IMG/VR virus record: IMGVR_UViG_3300035698_004199
Span: 1-64,000 of that record
DNA: 64,000 nucleotides
From: a virus
Direction: 5' to 3' (one strand)
The stretch's first letter is position 1. Each line of letters begins with the position of its first letter. The notes under the pieces are model-generated. The model had not been told where the DNA came from. It ran no database searches and saw only the letters and a program-made list of their open reading frames with translations. A program made the position numbers and the translations under genes. This document shows positions 58,698-64,000 of this stretch, piece after piece.

Positions 58698-58738
58698 CTG
58701 GCCTATAATAAGGCCTTCTTTAGAGGGTGGAGGCAGAA

Positions 58739-59848
58739 GTGGCTGTAGATTTTCAACTAGGTTGGTCGTGTCCGCATTTAACTATTGGGGAAGTGGTTCC
58801 TCTTGCAACAGATCGCCGCACTTTAACTACTAAACAACCAATTGCGGGGCAGGGTGCAGTACAGCTTTTAGTTAATGATGATGCTTATATCCCACAAGGC
58901 GGTCTTTACTCTTCTGCTGTTTTGACAAGTCGTTTGTCTGGTCCTTATGATTTAGGGCCGGGGGCAGACTCTTTTACAATCACAACGTCAAGAGGCACCC
59001 AAACCTATAATTTCAATCTAGACAGGGCCACTCGGTACACTGCAGAACAAGTAGTGAAGCTTTTTACCAAGGCTAATATGGCAGTAGTTTATTCTAGTAA
59101 TAATAATGGTCACTTAATACTTACAGACTCAAATGCGATAGGTTCTGATTCTTTTGTAAGTGTCTCAGGGACAGCAGCTGCAGTTCTAGGGTTTGGCGAT
59201 TCAGATACCAATGAATACCAAAGAAGGGCACAAGGCGCACAGTTGTATCCCGGATGGGTTTTATTTACACCCCTTAATCAGCTTGACACAATACCAAACC
59301 ACAGAGTTTTACGTTTCGTATCCCCTGTGCGAGGAAACCCTATATTCAAATTGACATATACAGTAACACCTCAAAGGTGTCTACGCTGTGGTGGAAGCAA
59401 TATAGAAAATGACATACGGTTTGCAAGCAATGGCCAAAGCTTGATGATTCAGGATGAGGATCTGCTCTATCAAGCAGCCCTCAAGATTTTGCTTACGGAT
59501 AAAGGTTCAAACCCTTATCATCCTTGGTATGGATCTGAGATCAAGTCTCGTATTGGCGCAAAGGCTATTTCTGGTGTGACTACACTACTAAATGAGGATG
59601 TCCGTAGGTCCCTGTTAAGACTACAAGATCTACAAACATCACAGGCTAAGTATCAAGAAGTTACATACAAAGAACGGCTATATGCAATCTTAAATGTGGA
59701 GGTCAAACAGCACGAACAAGATCCTACTGTATTTTTGGTAGAAGTGACTGTTCAGAACGCTTCCTCTGAGCCTATTAACATTTCTATTGTCTATGCAGTC
59801 CCCTCGACGGTAGCTTTAATGGGATCAAATGGCCTTTTTTTGGCCTGA
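58739..59848 (+). CDS. Baseplate wedge protein with C-terminal gp25-like domain
   Basis: LYQAALKILLTDKGSNPYHPWYGSEI; GTG start after GGAGG. Confidence 0.75.
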   Translation: MAVDFQLGWSCPHLTIGEVVPLATDRRTLTTKQPIAGQGAVQLLVNDDAYIPQGGLYSSAVLTSRLSGPYDLGPGADSFTITTSRGTQTYNFNLDRATRYTAEQVVKLFTKANMAVVYSSNNNGHLILTDSNAIGSDSFVSVSGTAAAVLGFGDSDTNEYQRRAQGAQLYPGWVLFTPLNQLDTIPNHRVLRFVSPVRGNPIFKLTYTVTPQRCLRCGGSNIENDIRFASNGQSLMIQDEDLLYQAALKILLTDKGSNPYHPWYGSEIKSRIGAKAISGVTTLLNEDVRRSLLRLQDLQTSQAKYQEVTYKERLYAILNVEVKQHEQDPTVFLVEVTVQNASSEPINISIVYAVPSTVALMGSNGLFLA

Positions 59849-59870
59849 GAGTGATTGATAAGGAGTGGCT

Positions 59871-62800
59871 ATGGCGATAACCCCTAAATTTCTTGGCCCC
59901 GACGGTCTTTACCGGGAGCGATATATATTTACTACAGACTCCCCCTATAGGTTTTTCCATGGGCAGATGGATTCAGATACTATTGACATGCAAGTATCTA
60001 TTCGTGGTGGCGGCCAGACTTCTAATCCTGACTACATTCTTTTTGAAGGAACAACTTTTACTGTCCCAAACCCGTCTGCTTTTCCAGATGGACTTCAATT
60101 ATTACAAGGCTCTAATAATATTCAGGTTCGTTCTGTTCTATCTAATGGCCAAACAACAGATTTTGGAACTATTGATGCCAACCTGTCTTTGGAACGTAAC
60201 ACTAAGGCATTGACAGCACCACCTTCTGGATTCTTTATTGAACGGAAGGATCAGACTGTCCGTCTAGTAATTACAGGGTTAGAGGATACAGATGTTCAAG
60301 GCTACAATGTTTATGCGTCTACTTCACCCGGCGGTGGCTTGGTAGGCTACAAGAGAATAAATCTTGCGTTGCTGACAACATCTTTAGCAGAAGAGATAAC
60401 ATCACAGTTGGGAACACTAACTGTGGATTCTGCTGTACCCCTAGATGGGGATGGTTCTCCTGTTACAGACCCTCTACTATTCAAAGTTGTGGGTGTGCAG
60501 ATGGATGTTGCGGGAAATGTGCTGCAACAAGACTTTGATGAAAACCTACAGATACCGGAAACAGTCACACAGTTCAGAACTACAATGCTTATATCCTCTG
60601 TGTCTTCAACGCAACGCTACGAGTTTATTCATAATAGACAAGCACTGCCTACAGACACAGAATACCCAGCAATTCCGTATAGCGAGTTTTTGGCAATTCC
60701 TGAAACAGATCCGCTGTACTACACGGTGACGGCTGTATACTATATAGATGGTGTTGAGTACGAGTCTGCTTTGTCGCAAGAGGTTTCAGGATCTCCACTG
60801 ATAGTTACTCCAAGTATTGCAGATCTGCCTACTGTATCCAGACAACAGATTGTTAGGGACACTTCTTTAACAATCTTCAGGTCACACCCGGAAGCGGATA
60901 CAAAACCAGGTTCTTACCTCAGGGATACCTTTGTAGATCCTTTTGCTACAGAAGCAGAGCGTGTTCGCTTCGTGATTAGCTTTTTGCAATCGGCACAGAG
61001 TTTTACAACACTACTGGCAATAGACGACCCCAGTAGTTCAAGGTCTTCTCTACCAGTTACGCAATCGGCTTACAAGCTGGCTCTAAAACAAGCGTTCTTT
61101 CTTCAGGACAATCAATCTGTTCAAAACTTGATAGACAATGCTTTTGATCAGCTGGCCTCCCGCCGTGGGGTTGTGCGACTTACAGGGCAGCGTGCTAGAG
61201 GCGAAGCAACTTTTTTCCTGACAACACGCCCAACTTCAACTTATGTGGTACCTATTGGCACAACTATTTCTGGTGGCGGCATAGAGTTTAGGACAACTTC
61301 TGCAGCCAGAATCTCTGCTTCAGGGGTTGGTGTAAATTATGACCCCTCAACAGGGCGTTGGTCTACTAATGCTTATATAGAAGCCTCAGATGCAGGCACA
61401 GGCGGTAATCTGTCAGCTAATCAGATCAGATCCCTGGGTGTTAATTTAGCAGGGCTTCAAGTTACAAATACGAGTGCGACCTTTGGGGGCAAGTCTTCCG
61501 AGTCAAACTATGACCTTGCAGTTAGATCGGATGGTTTACTTGCAGGGGTAGACTCAGGTACTTATCGTGGCTGCATGACAAAAGCTGCTAGTGTAGGCGG
61601 TGTGGAACAAGTTAATGTAGTGGACGCAGGACACCCCTTAATGATGCGTGATCTGGATGCTGATACTGGTAAGCACTGGGGCGGCAAAGTGGATGTGTGG
61701 GTGCGTGGGGACAGCCCAGCAACACTAACAGACACCTTCGCATTCTCTTTTGAAACTGTGATAGCAGGACAGTTTGAGCCGGTGGGTGCAATTACAGACT
61801 TGTTGTTCAGAACTACCGACAGCAGAGTGTCAGCAGAAAACCCAATAATAGAAATGCTTGAGCTTCCTGATTGGGGTTATGAGTTCACAGTAGATTCAAA
61901 TGATGGTTCTGGTCCACGTCCAATGAGCCTTACAGGAGCAACTCTAGTTGGTTATGACGGCGTGCAGCTATCCACTTTGTATAATGACCCCACACTTCTA
62001 CGGATTACAGACCAGTTCTCAGGAACCTTCCGTTTCCGTACAAGTAATAAACATGTCTTTGATAGACAGCCTGTTGACCAGATCAATTCCTTTTATCAGG
62101 TATCCAGTACAGGAGTTCAGGTTATTGTGCCTGAAGAAGGCTACAAGCTTTTCCACCCAAACGATCCACTAGACTTAGGCATGTCTACTTTAGCAGGTGA
62201 TTATATCCAGGTAGTAGAGCCCACTGACGGAACTATTATCCCAGACATCCCTTCTGGAGTGCCTATTGTTATAACAGGGGAAGAACACGTTATTTTATCT
62301 GGTCCTGAATATCTATTGGCATTGGGTATTAACAAGTATACAGTCCACATCTATAACAGAGACCGTACCGTTGAATACAGGGGCCCCTACCATCCTGGAA
62401 CTGCAGCCCGTGACTACACCTTTGTAAATGAGGACGGGGAGATCCCGCTGGCATTTAGTTTGGTAACAGGTTCCAGTATCACAAGTGGTATGACTATAGT
62501 AGTAGACTATCAGCACGATGAAAACTATTTTGTAGAATATCAGACAAACGGTATTGTGCAAGCAGTTCAAACAGTTGTGGATGATACAAGGCATGCAACG
62601 GCTGATGTTTTGGCTAAGGAAGCTTTGGCAGTAGGTGTGGATATCAAAGGCACTATTGTTATGCTCAGGAACCAAGATGTTGGAGTGCTAGACGGACGTA
62701 TCCGAACCGCTTTGGGCAGAACCTTCGGGGCATTGTCTTTAGGGCAGCCTGCTCGGCAAAGTGATGTCATCCAAACTATTGAAGCAGTACAAGGTGTCTC

Positions 62801-63374
62801 TTATGTGGTAGTGCCACTAAACCGTTTGGCAAGACAAAATGACTCTACAGTAGTGCGGGAAACTGTTTTTACTACTGAGTCAGGAACAGACTGGGAACAG
62901 CTCCCGGATGCCACAGGCTGGAACACTTCAGCAGTTAAAGTATTTATCCTGAAAAACGCTCTTGTAAATCTCACTAAAGATGGTGGTGGTGATTACAATG
63001 ATTTTAGAGGTGTCTTCTTAAATGACGTACCACTTACTATTGTAGATAACCCTCCAGCAGCCAGCGGCACACCACTTAAAGGAAACGCAAGCACAGCATT
63101 CATTATTGGTAGTGACGGTATGAGTATACCTAACTACACAGGGGCTACAGCAAACAGAGTTTTGGTAGCCTTGTCTAACACAGCAGATGTTCCAATTCCT
63201 TCGGACGGTACCTTTACAGTAACCTATTTGAGTTATGAAGACCCCGAGGACCTATCCCAAACGGTTCTTAACATTGAGCCGGGGCCCACTGAATATCTGG
63301 TGTTAGGTGACCTTGAGTTCACTTATGATGAAGATTTAGACTTTACAGCTTTGGTTTCTGGCAGAAGGACCTAA
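59871..63374 (+). CDS. Baseplate J/gp6-like wedge protein
   Basis: RGVVR..ARGEATF..GT.I..FRTT..EA..AGTGGN..VTN..ATFGG..ESN. Confidence 0.8.
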   Translation: MAITPKFLGPDGLYRERYIFTTDSPYRFFHGQMDSDTIDMQVSIRGGGQTSNPDYILFEGTTFTVPNPSAFPDGLQLLQGSNNIQVRSVLSNGQTTDFGTIDANLSLERNTKALTAPPSGFFIERKDQTVRLVITGLEDTDVQGYNVYASTSPGGGLVGYKRINLALLTTSLAEEITSQLGTLTVDSAVPLDGDGSPVTDPLLFKVVGVQMDVAGNVLQQDFDENLQIPETVTQFRTTMLISSVSSTQRYEFIHNRQALPTDTEYPAIPYSEFLAIPETDPLYYTVTAVYYIDGVEYESALSQEVSGSPLIVTPSIADLPTVSRQQIVRDTSLTIFRSHPEADTKPGSYLRDTFVDPFATEAERVRFVISFLQSAQSFTTLLAIDDPSSSRSSLPVTQSAYKLALKQAFFLQDNQSVQNLIDNAFDQLASRRGVVRLTGQRARGEATFFLTTRPTSTYVVPIGTTISGGGIEFRTTSAARISASGVGVNYDPSTGRWSTNAYIEASDAGTGGNLSANQIRSLGVNLAGLQVTNTSATFGGKSSESNYDLAVRSDGLLAGVDSGTYRGCMTKAASVGGVEQVNVVDAGHPLMMRDLDADTGKHWGGKVDVWVRGDSPATLTDTFAFSFETVIAGQFEPVGAITDLLFRTTDSRVSAENPIIEMLELPDWGYEFTVDSNDGSGPRPMSLTGATLVGYDGVQLSTLYNDPTLLRITDQFSGTFRFRTSNKHVFDRQPVDQINSFYQVSSTGVQVIVPEEGYKLFHPNDPLDLGMSTLAGDYIQVVEPTDGTIIPDIPSGVPIVITGEEHVILSGPEYLLALGINKYTVHIYNRDRTVEYRGPYHPGTAARDYTFVNEDGEIPLAFSLVTGSSITSGMTIVVDYQHDENYFVEYQTNGIVQAVQTVVDDTRHATADVLAKEALAVGVDIKGTIVMLRNQDVGVLDGRIRTALGRTFGALSLGQPARQSDVIQTIEAVQGVSYVVVPLNRLARQNDSTVVRETVFTTESGTDWEQLPDATGWNTSAVKVFILKNALVNLTKDGGGDYNDFRGVFLNDVPLTIVDNPPAASGTPLKGNASTAFIIGSDGMSIPNYTGATANRVLVALSNTADVPIPSDGTFTVTYLSYEDPEDLSQTVLNIEPGPTEYLVLGDLEFTYDEDLDFTALVSGRRT

Positions 63375-63375
63375 C

Positions 63376-64000
63376 ATGACAGATACTCCCAAAAGTAAAA
63401 ACTTACTGCCTAACCTGTTGACTCAGAATCCATCTGCTTGGGAACAGGACAGTCAAGACAGAAAAACCAAGGTACAGGCCCAAGTTGATACTATCATGGG
63501 AGTTTTTAAGCAGTTACTTCCCAGTAACTATATCAGTCAGACCAAAGGCCCTTTCTATTTAACACAGTTTGAATCTGCTGCAGAGCAGATTGCAGAATTC
63601 CAAATCACAGCTCAGGAAGTCTTTGCAGATTCCTTTTACGATTACACGAGACCAGAAGTACTTTATCAGATTCTGGGTGATTTGGTATTTCCAGATGCTT
63701 CAGAATATGGCTACCCTGAGATTGAAGGCGATCTGACATACAGAACCTTCCTACAGCGAATGGTATTTCTTCTGCTTCAAGGGGCTACTACACCCGCACA
63801 AAAAGCTGGTGTGGAACTTCTAACCACAGCTACCGTTGAGGTAATGGAGCGTGGTATTGAGGCAAGGAATTTAATAGTCAAAGATCCAGCGACAGGGAAG
63901 TACAAAACAACTTCAGCTTGGGGCCTAGAGGATGTATTTACTTTTGAGATCAATGTCAGTCAGGCAAACGGCACGGTGACGATTGGGGGTGTAGACATTC
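63376..64000 (+). CDS. Baseplate wedge protein (I/gp7-like), partial
   Basis: Open to window end: MTDTPKS..LLPSNY..LYQILG..DLTYRTFL..LLQGAT; follows J-like gene. Confidence 0.6.
   Translation, partial: MTDTPKSKNLLPNLLTQNPSAWEQDSQDRKTKVQAQVDTIMGVFKQLLPSNYISQTKGPFYLTQFESAAEQIAEFQITAQEVFADSFYDYTRPEVLYQILGDLVFPDASEYGYPEIEGDLTYRTFLQRMVFLLLQGATTPAQKAGVELLTTATVEVMERGIEARNLIVKDPATGKYKTTSAWGLEDVFTFEINVSQANGTVTIGGVDI

Noticed and set aside
507-62770. Many short antisense or alternate-frame ORFs inside long genes
   Set aside because: Shadow ORFs without RBS or motifs, expected from codon bias
1-64000. Genome-wide TAG recoding (in-frame TAG junctions at 11614, 27890, 42035)
   Set aside because: Very long ORFs are intact under the standard code and most TAG stops are followed by out-of-frame genes or intergenic signals
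17422-64000. Bacterial eCIS/tailocin rather than phage
   Set aside because: Neck-like genes, tape measure, phage-type accessory genes and lack of host housekeeping context favour a phage, although no capsid or terminase gene is in the window
1-64000. tRNA, rRNA, introns or inteins
   Set aside because: None recognised by eye; intergenic gaps are short and large ORFs show no intein motifs I could identify

Overview
This window reads as part of a very large contractile-tailed (myovirus-like) phage genome, almost entirely + strand and densely coding. From about 11.6 kb to the end it is a morphogenesis region: neck/head-tail genes, an MreB/MamK-like actin ATPase, an FmdB-type Zn-ribbon protein, a ~1740-aa tail sheath, tail tube, two chaperone-like genes, tape measure, paired tube initiators, a hub with an M15 peptidase insert, spike, a 4024-aa virion protein, and gp25-, J- and I-like wedge genes. 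A MerR-HTH + VIT-vWA cassette with its own sigma70-like promoter sits between sheath and tube. The first 11 kb are accessory. Unrelated proteins there share two short peptide tags at termini and module boundaries: tag A (RLAxRYLxA, 5 copies) and tag B (IKLAxExPxLRxHLVPL, 5 copies), and one 50-aa ORF consists almost only of tag A. I interpret this, as inference, as a capsid-loading/processing 'address label' system, and it is my best candidate for an undescribed system. The region also holds a GIY-YIG nuclease, a PncC/CinA-C NMN deamidase, a transposase-less RHH+TnpB element (IS607-like ends) with an exact 77-bp orphan copy of its right end 4 kb away, and an inverted fibre-like repeat fragment truncated at both ends. 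Family calls come from motif recognition and gene order by eye; no database searches were run.
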